A DNA stretch of 53,451 nt. Source: an uncultured Christensenella sp. (GTDB lineage Bacteria > Bacillota > Clostridia > Christensenellales > Borkfalkiaceae). A program made the position numbers and the translations under genes. This document shows, piece after piece, positions 1 to 8,426 of the stretch. How positions within the stretch are numbered: position 1 is the first letter of the stretch; every line of letters starts with the position of its first letter. The stretch spans positions 1 through 53,451 of the forward strand of contig CAYYYD010000002.1 in assembly GCA_964475885.1 (NCBI GenBank), in the 5' to 3' direction. The notes beneath the pieces are model-generated. The model was not told the DNA's origin. It saw nothing but the letters and a program-made list of their open reading frames with translations, and did no database searches.

Positions 1-7
1 GTCTTTT

Positions 8-1228
8 TTAATTTTTCTTTCTTAAAATATCGCCTGCTTTTAACGACAAGTCGGTGTAAAGTTTTAGTTTTTGCTGAACGATTTTTGCGTCTTCTACGGT
101 AACACCCTTTTCGTCTAGCATTTTGTTTACGATAATGGTTTTGTTAAAAGTATCCGTCGGTGACAAAACTTCTAGTTCGTCGCCGACCTTAAACCTGTTT
201 CGCATTTCTATTAAGGCGTACCCGTCCGATTCGTTATAGTCTAAAACAGAAGCCATAAATTTATAAGTACCTTTGCTTTGACTGTCGTCGTAATTTACCG
301 TGCGGTTGTTTTCGCCCAAAAGATATGCCGTGGTAAACTCTCTGTGCGCGGTTTTTTCTAGTTCGGAATGAAACAAAGAATTGTTTTTGTACTCGTCGCC
401 GACCCGATAATACTCGTCTATCGCGCGACGGTAGGCGTTTACGACGGTCGCCAAATAATATTCCGATTTCATTCTGCCTTCTATTTTAAACGAAACGACG
501 CCTGCCTTAACAAGTTCTCCGACATAATCTACAAGACACAAGTCTTTACTGTTCATTATATACGTACCGCGCTCGTCTTCTTGCATTTCCAGGTATCCGC
601 ATTCGGAATCTTTTTCTCTTATCTCGTACTGCCACCTGCACGCCTGAACACATTCTCCGCGGTTACTTTGTCTTCCCGTGCGGTAGTCCGAAAGCAGACA
701 CCTTCCGCTGTACGAAATACACATTGCGCCGTGAATAAATGTTTCTATTTCTATATCCGGAACTTTTTTAGATATTTCGGCAATTTCCGAAAGCCCCAAC
801 TCTCTTGCCAGAATTACCCTTTTTACACCGTGATTTTTCCAAAATTCCACAGTCTTATAATTAAGCGTGTTTGCCTGTGTAGAAAGGTTTACTTTTAAAT
901 CGGGTGCGACAGTCCGCGCCAAATACACCAAACCCGTATCGGATATTATAGCGCCGTCTACGTTTATGCTTTCTAAAAACTTAAAATACCTTTCGGCTTC
1001 TTTAAGGTCGGAATTTTTAGCGAATATGTTTACCGTTACATAAACTTTTTTGCCTATCGAATGAGCGTACTCTACGGCGCTTTCTATTTCTTCGTCCGAA
1101 AAGTTACCGGCAAGCGCCCTTAAACTCATACTCTTACCGCCGATGTAAACGGCGTCGGCGCCAAAGTAAAAGGCTGTTTTCAGTTTGTTCATATCGCCTG
1201 CCGGCGACAATAATTCTATCTTTTTCAT
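8..1228 (-). CDS. U32 family peptidase-like protein (YrrN/YrrO/TrhP type, family implicated in tRNA U34 5-hydroxylation)
   Basis: 406-aa ORF with the U32 signature ETFIHGAMCISYSGRCLLS (E-x-F-x-H-G-A-M-C-x4-G-x-C-x2-S). Its start overlaps the upstream methyltransferase stop by 4 nt (ATGA), the same pairing as Bacillus yrrM-yrrN/O. Confidence 0.85.
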   Translation of the reverse strand: MKKIELLSPAGDMNKLKTAFYFGADAVYIGGKSMSLRALAGNFSDEEIESAVEYAHSIGKKVYVTVNIFAKNSDLKEAERYFKFLESINVDGAIISDTGLVYLARTVAPDLKVNLSTQANTLNYKTVEFWKNHGVKRVILARELGLSEIAEISKKVPDIEIETFIHGAMCISYSGRCLLSDYRTGRQSNRGECVQACRWQYEIREKDSECGYLEMQEDERGTYIMNSKDLCLVDYVGELVKAGVVSFKIEGRMKSEYYLATVVNAYRRAIDEYYRVGDEYKNNSLFHSELEKTAHREFTTAYLLGENNRTVNYDDSQSKGTYKFMASVLDYNESDGYALIEMRNRFKVGDELEVLSPTDTFNKTIIVNKMLDEKGVTVEDAKIVQQKLKLYTDLSLKAGDILRKKN

Positions 1229-1812
1229 ATAAGTTTTTCCGTAATGCTTACACCGTCTTCTAAATCGTAAACGGTGGTTTTTAGGTTTTTGTCTGTCGTG
1301 ATGGCCGTTAAAAACCTTTCCATACTGTGCTTTATGGTATTGTGTTTTTTAGGCACGTCTACCTTTCCCCATACGTAGCCTTTAAAAAGAACGTTGTCGG
1401 CAAAAAGTATTCCGCCCTTGTTTAAGATAGGCAAAAGATTTTGCAAATACTCGTAATAATGACCTTTCGGTCCGTCTAAAAAAATAAAATCGTAACCGAC
1501 AGACAGCACGGGAATAATTTCCGAAGCGTCGCCCAAAAACACCTTTGCCCTGTCGCTTACACCGAAAGACGCATAGTTGCTTTCTGCCAAACGCTTTTTT
1601 TCTTCGTCTATTTCTATGCCCGTAAGCGTAGAGTTTTTGCTAGATAACAACATCGCCACCGAAGACAGACCTACGTTCGTGCCTATTTCTAAAATTTTTA
1701 AGGGCGCTTTTTCTTTTATCGTTTTTATAAGCAACTCGAACGACTTGTCCCTTAACACGGGCTCGCCGTTTTGTTTTGCCTTTTTTCGTAACTCGTAAAG
1801 TTTTTGTATCAC
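1225..1812 (-). CDS. class I SAM-dependent O-methyltransferase (YrrM/TrmR-like)
   Basis: 195 aa with SAM-binding motif ILEIGTNVGLSS and FIFLDGPKG. GTG start with GGTGG 4 nt upstream; it overlaps the rnj stop by 1 nt. Confidence 0.8.
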   Translation of the reverse strand: MIQKLYELRKKAKQNGEPVLRDKSFELLIKTIKEKAPLKILEIGTNVGLSSVAMLLSSKNSTLTGIEIDEEKKRLAESNYASFGVSDRAKVFLGDASEIIPVLSVGYDFIFLDGPKGHYYEYLQNLLPILNKGGILFADNVLFKGYVWGKVDVPKKHNTIKHSMERFLTAITTDKNLKTTVYDLEDGVSITEKLI

Positions 1813-3608
1813 TATACCACCATAACTACGGGAAGAATCATCGGGTTTTTCTTGGTTGACCTAAACACGTAATTTTTAATGCTTCTGCGTATTATCTGCG
1901 CAACTTCCGTTTCGTCTCTTACCGATTTAAGGTCGGCTTGTTTTAGCGAGTTTATAAGGTTTGCTTTAAGTTCCGACAGCATTGCGTCGCTCATAACCAA
2001 CCCCTTGTTTATAATCTCTACCGAAGACACTTTGGCAGAAAATTCTTCTAGCCCGACAACGACTACTATTAACCCGTCTTCGGACAAATGTATTCTGTCG
2101 CGAAGCACGAAACTGTCCGAACCGTAATCCCCTACGCCGTCTACGAACCTGCAACCGGCAGGAATTTTTTCGCCTAGTTTTATGGTGTTTCGGGTAAGTT
2201 CTACCGTGTCGCCTATTTCGGCAATCAGCGTGTTAGTGGGTTTTAAGCCTAAACTTTTGGCAAGGTCGCAATGCTTTTTTAAGTGCCTGTATTCGCCGTG
2301 AACGGGTACGAAAAACTTGGGCTTAACCAACGAATGAAGCATTTTAAGTTCTCCGCGACAAGCGTGCCCCGACACGTGTATGGGTTCTAGCGTTTCGTAA
2401 ATAACTTCTGCGCCTAATCTGTACAAATTGTTTATAACGTTGTAAATCATTTTTTCGTTACCGGGAATAACCGACGCCGAAATAACGACCGTATCGTTGT
2501 TACCTATGGTTACCTTGTTAAACTCTCCGCTAGCCATTCTGGTAAGCGCGCTCATAGGTTCGCCCTGAGTACCCGTAGAAACTATTACAATCTGCTCGTC
2601 TTTATAATTTTTAAGTTTTTCTACGTCTACTATAAGATTTTCGGGAATGTTCAGTTCGCCTATTTTAGAAGACGCTTCGGCAATGTTTATCATACTTCTA
2701 CCCGAAAACGCAACCTTGCGTTTATACTTTACGGCAAGGTCTAAAATTTGCTGTAACCTGTGCACATTAGAAGCGAATGTAGCGATTATTATTCTGCGTT
2801 TTAGGTTACCCGAAAAAACGTGGTCTAGCGTTTCTTTTACAACAGACTCGCTCATAGTGGTACCGTCTATTTCTATATTAGTAGAATCCGCCATAAGCAA
2901 AAGCACGCCGTCGTTACCTATTTCGCTTATTCTGGCAAGGTCCATAGTTTCGCCGTTTACGGGCGTAAAGTCTATTTTAAAGTCGCCCGAATGAAAAACT
3001 ACGCCCACGGGCGTGGTAATAGACAAAGCGCAAGCGCCTGCTATAGAATGGTTTACGTTAATAAACTCTACCGAAAAGCAACCTAGTTTTATAACGCTTC
3101 CGGGTTTAACGCAGTTTAGTACCGCGTCGTTGATTTTATGTTCGCGTATCTTGTTTTCTATAAGAGTAAGCGTAAGTTTTGTACCGTAAACGGGAACGTT
3201 AATGTCTTTTAAAATATACGGAATACTTCCTATATGGTCTTCGTGCCCGTGGGTGATAATCATACCCCTTATTTTGTTTTTGTTTTGAACAAGATAACTT
3301 ACGTCGGGAATAACCAAGTCTACCCCGGGCATGTTTTCGCCGGGAAAAGTAAGCCCTGCGTCGATTATTATTATGTCTTTACCGAACTCTAACGCCGTCA
3401 TGTTTTTGCCGATTTCACCGACACCGCCCAAAAACCGTATTTTCAGGCTTTTAGAATTTTTATTAGACGGTTTATAAGAAGCCTGTCGTTCTTTTTTAGA
3501 AACAGCGCTCTGGGTCTTTTGGGGTTTTTGTTGCTGTTTTTTTACGGAAACCTTTTTTTCGGGTTTGTCCGATTTGTTTTTTTCTGTTTTTTTGTCTTTT
3601 ATTTTCAA
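1812..3608 (-). CDS. rnj: ribonuclease J (metallo-beta-lactamase / beta-CASP) with Lys-rich N-terminal tail
   Basis: Core begins KIRFLGGVGEIGKNM and carries the HGHEDHIG motif. The longest ORF starts at ATG 3662, but that ATG lies just upstream of, and partly overlaps, a predicted TATAAT box, so upstream of the predicted TSS, and has no SD. TTG 3608 has GGAG 8 nt upstream, so 3608 is preferred. Confidence 0.85.
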   Translation of the reverse strand: MKIKDKKTEKNKSDKPEKKVSVKKQQQKPQKTQSAVSKKERQASYKPSNKNSKSLKIRFLGGVGEIGKNMTALEFGKDIIIIDAGLTFPGENMPGVDLVIPDVSYLVQNKNKIRGMIITHGHEDHIGSIPYILKDINVPVYGTKLTLTLIENKIREHKINDAVLNCVKPGSVIKLGCFSVEFINVNHSIAGACALSITTPVGVVFHSGDFKIDFTPVNGETMDLARISEIGNDGVLLLMADSTNIEIDGTTMSESVVKETLDHVFSGNLKRRIIIATFASNVHRLQQILDLAVKYKRKVAFSGRSMINIAEASSKIGELNIPENLIVDVEKLKNYKDEQIVIVSTGTQGEPMSALTRMASGEFNKVTIGNNDTVVISASVIPGNEKMIYNVINNLYRLGAEVIYETLEPIHVSGHACRGELKMLHSLVKPKFFVPVHGEYRHLKKHCDLAKSLGLKPTNTLIAEIGDTVELTRNTIKLGEKIPAGCRFVDGVGDYGSDSFVLRDRIHLSEDGLIVVVVGLEEFSAKVSSVEIINKGLVMSDAMLSELKANLINSLKQADLKSVRDETEVAQIIRRSIKNYVFRSTKKNPMILPVVMVV

Positions 3609-3653
3609 ACGAATTTCTCCTTGCAAAAAATTTAAGTATATATTTTCAAAAAC

Positions 3654-3682
3654 ATTATACACAAATTTATTAAAAATGTAAA
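3654..3682 (-). promoter_or_regulatory. sigma-A-type promoter for rnj operon
   Basis: Minus strand reads TTTACA (3682-3677), a 17-nt spacer, then TATAAT (3659-3654). Confidence 0.45.
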
Positions 3683-3731
3683 CTTTATTGTGTTTGTATG
3701 CGTAAAATTTAATCGGAATGCTTGTTTTTAC

Positions 3732-3760
3732 TTGAAAAAAAAGTCGACAAATAGTATAAT
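3732..3760 (+). promoter_or_regulatory. sigma-A-type promoter for serC-serA
   Basis: TTGAAA (3732-3737), 17 nt, TATAAT (3755-3760); AAGGAG SD sits 9 nt before ATG 3793. Confidence 0.55.
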
Positions 3761-3792
3761 AATGTGTAAATAAGTTTAAGGAGTTTTCAACT

Positions 3793-4866
3793 ATGCGAGT
3801 ATTTAACTTTTCAGCAGGTCCGTCTGCCCTTCCCGTTTCGGTGTTAGAACAAGTTCAAAAAGAAATGTTAGACTACCAAAACTCGGGTATGAGCATAACG
3901 GAAATGAGCCACCGCGGTAAGGTATTCATGGCAGTAAACGACGAAGCCAACGCGCTTTTACGCGAACTTATGAATATCCCCGACGACTATTCGGTTCTTT
4001 TCGTTCAGGGTGGCGCGTCTCAACAATTTTCCGCCGTTCCCTTAAACCTTTTATCTAACGGTAAAGCAGACTATATACTTACCGGAAACTTTGCGCAAAA
4101 AGCATACGAAGAAGGTCTAAAATACGGCGATATGAGTATTGCGTCTTCTTCAAAAGAATCTAACTATACCTATATCCCCGATATGAATACGGTAAAATTC
4201 CGCGACGGAATAGACTATGTTCATACCACGTACAACAACACTATTTTCGGTACGCGTTATACCGAACTTCCCAAAACCGACGCAACGCTCGTTTCCGATA
4301 TGAGTTCTTGCATTTTATCCGAAAAAATCGACGTAACCAAATTCGGGCTTATATATGCGGGCGCACAAAAGAACATCGCTCCGGCAGGCGTTACCATAGT
4401 AATAGTTAAAAAGAGTCTTTTAGGCAAGGCTTCGGCAATTTGCCCGACTATGCTTAACTATTCCGTCCAAGACAAAAACAACAGCCTTTATAACACCCCG
4501 CCCTGCTTTTCTATTTACGTGTCTATGCTGGTGTTCAGGTGGCTTAAAGCGTTGGGCGGTGTAGACGCCATAGAAGAAATCAACAAAGAAAAGGCAAAAC
4601 TTTTATACGATTTTATAGACAATTCCAACTTCTATACAAACAAGGTAAATGTTAAAGACCGTTCTTTAATGAACGTACCTTTCGTTTCCCCGTCCGAAGA
4701 ACTAGACGCAAAGTTCGTTTCGGAAGCGACTAAAAACGGGCTTGTATCTTTAAAAGGTCATCGTTTGGTCGGCGGTATGAGAGCGTCTATTTACAACGCT
4801 ATGCCCGTAGAAGGCGTAAAAGCGCTTATCGAATTTATGAAAAAGTTTGAATCGGAGAACAGATAA
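3793..4866 (+). CDS. serC: phosphoserine aminotransferase
   Basis: 357 aa; N-terminus FNFSAGPSALP is typical of SerC; class V aminotransferase length; adjacent to serA. Confidence 0.9.
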   Translation: MRVFNFSAGPSALPVSVLEQVQKEMLDYQNSGMSITEMSHRGKVFMAVNDEANALLRELMNIPDDYSVLFVQGGASQQFSAVPLNLLSNGKADYILTGNFAQKAYEEGLKYGDMSIASSSKESNYTYIPDMNTVKFRDGIDYVHTTYNNTIFGTRYTELPKTDATLVSDMSSCILSEKIDVTKFGLIYAGAQKNIAPAGVTIVIVKKSLLGKASAICPTMLNYSVQDKNNSLYNTPPCFSIYVSMLVFRWLKALGGVDAIEEINKEKAKLLYDFIDNSNFYTNKVNVKDRSLMNVPFVSPSEELDAKFVSEATKNGLVSLKGHRLVGGMRASIYNAMPVEGVKALIEFMKKFESENR

Positions 4867-6032
4867 TGAAAAATATTTTAACGCTTAATGCCATAAGCCC
4901 CGTAATAAACGACGTTTTCGACACCAGTTACAGGGTAGAAAAAGAAGTGGAAAATCCCGTAGGGATTATGCTTCGTTCGTTTAATATGCACGACTACGAA
5001 TTATCGCCCCAAACCATTGCGGTCGCAAGGGCAGGCGCAGGCACCAACAATATCCCCTGCGACAAGTATGCCGAACAAGGCGTAGTCGTATTTAACACAC
5101 CCGGCGCAAACGCAAACGCCGTTAAAGAACTTGTAGTGCTTGCGCTTTTGCTAGGTTCCAGAAAAGTCAGCGAGTCTATCGATTGGGTTAAAATGTTAAA
5201 AGGCAAAGGCGACGAAGTAGCCAAACTCGTAGAAAAAGGAAAGTCGAGTTTCGCCGGCAAAGAAATATATCGCAAAAAACTAGGCGTAATAGGTTTAGGC
5301 GCGATAGGCGCGCTTGTAGCGAACATCGGTATTTCTTTGGGTATGGAAGTTTACGGATACGACCCGTACCTTTCGGTTACTTCGGCTTTAAGACTTGACA
5401 GGCACGTAAATGTCGTTAAAGACGTAGACGAGTTGTATAAGGTCTGCGATTACATTACCGTTCACGTCCCCTATATTGCCGACGTCAACAAGAATATGAT
5501 TAACGCAGGCGTAATAAGAAAAATGAAAGACGGCGTGGTTATAATAAACTGCGCTCGCGGAGAGTTGGTAGACAACGCCGATATAATTAAAGCCGTAGAA
5601 ACGGGCAAGGTTTATAAGTACGTTTGCGATTTCCCCAAAGACGAACTTATAGGCGTAGAAAATATTATATGTATCCCCCACTTGGGCGCGTCTACCGAAG
5701 AAGCCGAAGACAACTGTGCGGTTATGGCTTCTAAACAACTTATAGACTACATAGAAAACGGAAACATTACCAACTCCGTAAACTATCCGTCTTGCTCTAT
5801 GCCCCGAACCACCGACACAAGACTTGTTATTTTGCACAAGAACATTGCAAATATCCTTGCGCAAATCACTTCGGCGGTCGCTAAAGAAAACGTAAACATA
5901 GCAAACCTTTCTAACCAAAGCAAAGGCGAATATGCGGTAACCATTTTAGACATAGACCAAGAAGCTTCGCAAAGCGCAATAGCCAATATCGGCGCCGTAG
6001 ACGGTATTATTAGAGTAAGAGTTATAAAATAA
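4866..6032 (+). CDS. serA: D-3-phosphoglycerate dehydrogenase
   Basis: 388 aa; 2-hydroxyacid dehydrogenase layout with NAD motif VIGLGAIGALVA and a C-terminal ACT-like tail. TAATG overlap with serC. Confidence 0.9.
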   Translation: MKNILTLNAISPVINDVFDTSYRVEKEVENPVGIMLRSFNMHDYELSPQTIAVARAGAGTNNIPCDKYAEQGVVVFNTPGANANAVKELVVLALLLGSRKVSESIDWVKMLKGKGDEVAKLVEKGKSSFAGKEIYRKKLGVIGLGAIGALVANIGISLGMEVYGYDPYLSVTSALRLDRHVNVVKDVDELYKVCDYITVHVPYIADVNKNMINAGVIRKMKDGVVIINCARGELVDNADIIKAVETGKVYKYVCDFPKDELIGVENIICIPHLGASTEEAEDNCAVMASKQLIDYIENGNITNSVNYPSCSMPRTTDTRLVILHKNIANILAQITSAVAKENVNIANLSNQSKGEYAVTILDIDQEASQSAIANIGAVDGIIRVRVIK

Positions 6033-6038
6033 TTACTT

Positions 6039-6070
6039 AGAAGACGGTAAATTTTACCGTCTTCTTTATT
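6039..6070 (+). terminator. intrinsic terminator after serA
   Basis: AGAAGACGGTAAA / TTTACCGTCTTCT stem followed by TTATTT. Confidence 0.7.
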
Positions 6071-6092
6071 TGACAAAAACACAAACATTTGT

Positions 6093-6121
6093 TTGACATT
6101 TTAAAATTCGAGTGGTATACT
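6093..6121 (+). promoter_or_regulatory. sigma-A-type promoter for DUF4130 gene
   Basis: TTGACA (6093-6098), 17 nt, TATACT (6116-6121); AAGGAG lies before ATG 6147. Confidence 0.5.
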
Positions 6122-6146
6122 TATACCGATAGACAAGGAGAAGTAA

Positions 6147-6851
6147 ATGACAATATTTAAAATCGAGCGTACGGTCGACGGGCTTTTTTCGGCGTTGTTT
6201 ACAAGTTTTACCGACAAAGTAATACCCGATATAATTTTAAGCGGAAGTCTTGCAAAACAAAAAACAAACGCTTTAATCACCGAAATAACGACCGACTACG
6301 ATAATTCGGCGCGTGTGGGAAGGGCTATAAAAAAATACGGCAAAGACGAACTTATACTAAAACTTAAAAACTGCATTATGTCGGACGACGAAAGCGCTTT
6401 GACGGTAGCGTTTTATGTCTCTTACATGACGCTGTTTTACCGCAAAGACCTATCTAAAAACACCGAAATAGAAAAAATATCTAAATTCGTATACATAGAA
6501 GACAAGGTCGCCAGAGAAAAATACCGCCTTATTAAAACACTTAAATTTTACGAAACGGACGGCGGAGTTTTGTACGCACCGCTATACCCCGAAGCGGACG
6601 TTACCGATTGTATAGCCGAGTATTTTTACAAAAAGTATCAGACATTACCCTTCGTTTTGCACGACGTAAAACGCGGAAGAGTGGTTGCTTCTAACGGATA
6701 TACCCTGCACTTTACCGATACGGCGGTAAAGGTGAACCTGCTAAACCAAACCGACCAGCGACAGTTTGACGAGTTATGGAAAAGTTGTTACCGCGAAATA
6801 CTGTTAAAAGAAAAACGGAAAATAAAAATAAAACCCTATCCGATAAGATAG
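6147..6851 (+). CDS. DUF4130-type 'probable DNA metabolism protein' (TIGR03915-like)
   Basis: 234 aa. The N-terminal DGLFSALFTSF resembles the family's conserved DGxFeGxLtavF opening, and the length fits. Recognised from memory only, no search run. Confidence 0.55.
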   Translation: MTIFKIERTVDGLFSALFTSFTDKVIPDIILSGSLAKQKTNALITEITTDYDNSARVGRAIKKYGKDELILKLKNCIMSDDESALTVAFYVSYMTLFYRKDLSKNTEIEKISKFVYIEDKVAREKYRLIKTLKFYETDGGVLYAPLYPEADVTDCIAEYFYKKYQTLPFVLHDVKRGRVVASNGYTLHFTDTAVKVNLLNQTDQRQFDELWKSCYREILLKEKRKIKIKPYPIR

Positions 6852-6856
6852 GGTTT
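6831..6856. terminator. hairpin between convergent genes (terminator for the kinase gene, possibly bidirectional)
   Basis: AAACCCTATC-CGATAA-GATAGGGTTT perfect 10-bp stem. The A-rich run on the plus side gives a U tract on the minus transcript. Confidence 0.6.
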
Positions 6857-6877
6857 TCGATTATACTAATCGTTCTG

Positions 6878-8311
6878 TTAAATCTGCTGTTCTTCGGTCT
6901 GTTCTTCTGCGTTTTTACGGTGATAGTAATAATAATACTTTTTCTGAGAAGGCACCGAACTGAAATTGAGTACCGTTCCCACAACGTTTGCTTCGCAAGA
7001 ATTAAGTTCGTTGACCACATAAGTAAGTTCTCTGGTACTGATAGTGTCGCTTTCTACAACCAAAAGCGTTGCGTCTACGAGCGGAGAAACGTTAATATAG
7101 TCCGAAAGCATTTTTACGGGCGCACAGTCTAAAATAACGAAATCGTATTTACGCCTTGCTTCTGCCAATATACTCTTAAACTTGTCGGACGTAAAGAATA
7201 TCGTGTGGTCGGTAATCTGGTCTCCGCAAGTAATAACGTCTACATTGGCGTTGCTTGTCTTTTTAAGCATACCGTCGAAATCGAGTTCGCCCTTAAAGTA
7301 ATCGGTAATACCCGTTTTCTTAGAAAGTTGAAGGGCACGGTGTATGCTCGGGTGCGAGAAATCACAGTCGATAACAAGCGTTTTTCTGTTACTTAAACCA
7401 AGCGTAAGCGCAAGGTTTATTGCAACCGTGGTTTTACCTTCTTTGCTGGTGGTAGACTGTACCTGATAAACCTTGTTCTTTTCGCCGTCTTGTAAATATA
7501 TAAGCGAATCGGCAAGTTTATCTAGTCGCATTTCTATAAACTCGTTAGTAGAAACGCCCTTCTCTTTTTTGCTCTTTCTAGAAGCCTTCTTTTCGTTTAT
7601 TACTATAAAGTTCTTTTTGCCCGTAATCTTTTCTAGTTTTTCTTCGGAACTTACTTTGTCGCCGAAGAATAACATACAGAAAGCGTAAACGAGTACGGCA
7701 ACTACGCCCAACACCCCTGCGATAACGGTAATTTTAACCTTGTCGCTTTGCGACGAAACCTTGGGATTAACCTTGTCTTCCGCGTCGGTAATGGGCACGA
7801 CTTCTACGTCTGCCGCAAAATACTTATTTAAAAACTCGTCGTTTTGTTCTTTTGAAAAATCCGCTATTCCGTTTATGATAGCCGTAAGTTTTTCTTTTGC
7901 CGAACTCGCTTCGGAATCTTGATAAGTCAAATTTATTAAAAGCGAATCTTCGTTATAAGAAGTGGTCAGTTTATTTGCCGAAACGGTTTTGCCTTCCCCT
8001 TCTAAGGTCGCTTGAACGCGGTCTAAAAAGAACTCGTTCTTTAATACGTCGCAAACCAAAACGACTTGCTGTTGAGACAAAGGCGTGTCGTTATAAGACT
8101 GGTCTGTCGAAGTATTAAGGCTTGCCTTAACTATTACGCTTGCCCTTGCCACATAGTACTCGTTAGAAGTAAGCGCTACCGCTAAACCGATACCCAAAAT
8201 CACAACGAAAATTACGGCTTCCCACAAAATGTGTTTGCAGAACACGTACCATAATTCGGCGATGCTTATTTCTTTTTCGTTTTTAACAACGTTTTCTTTT
8301 TCGTTTGCCAT
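6878..8311 (-). CDS. fused Wzz-type chain-length module / BY-family protein tyrosine autokinase
   Basis: Two TM segments flank a ~150-aa loop. Then Walker A TSKEGKTT, A' LVIDCDFSHP, Walker B DFVILDCAP and a C-terminal Tyr cluster KKYYYYYHRK (6923-6937). The second ATG (8311) has GGGAAAG 6 nt upstream; the ORF maximum is 8317. Confidence 0.8.
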   Translation of the reverse strand: MANEKENVVKNEKEISIAELWYVFCKHILWEAVIFVVILGIGLAVALTSNEYYVARASVIVKASLNTSTDQSYNDTPLSQQQVVLVCDVLKNEFFLDRVQATLEGEGKTVSANKLTTSYNEDSLLINLTYQDSEASSAKEKLTAIINGIADFSKEQNDEFLNKYFAADVEVVPITDAEDKVNPKVSSQSDKVKITVIAGVLGVVAVLVYAFCMLFFGDKVSSEEKLEKITGKKNFIVINEKKASRKSKKEKGVSTNEFIEMRLDKLADSLIYLQDGEKNKVYQVQSTTSKEGKTTVAINLALTLGLSNRKTLVIDCDFSHPSIHRALQLSKKTGITDYFKGELDFDGMLKKTSNANVDVITCGDQITDHTIFFTSDKFKSILAEARRKYDFVILDCAPVKMLSDYINVSPLVDATLLVVESDTISTRELTYVVNELNSCEANVVGTVLNFSSVPSQKKYYYYYHRKNAEEQTEEQQI

Positions 8312-8426
8312 TAACATCTTTCCCTTGCATTTATTCTTTTTAGATTATAACACAGTATAACTTTAATTTCAATAGAAAAAAGACGTTTTTTTTAAATTCT
8401 GTTCGTTTTTATAATTTTTGTCGGCC

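Noticed and set aside
3609-3662. ATG at 3662 as the RNase J start (longest ORF).
   Set aside because: This ATG lies just upstream of, and partly overlaps, a TTTACA-17-TATAAT promoter -10 box, so upstream of the predicted TSS, and has no SD. TTG at 3608 has GGAG 8 nt upstream. The promoter call is only predicted, so the longer form is not excluded.
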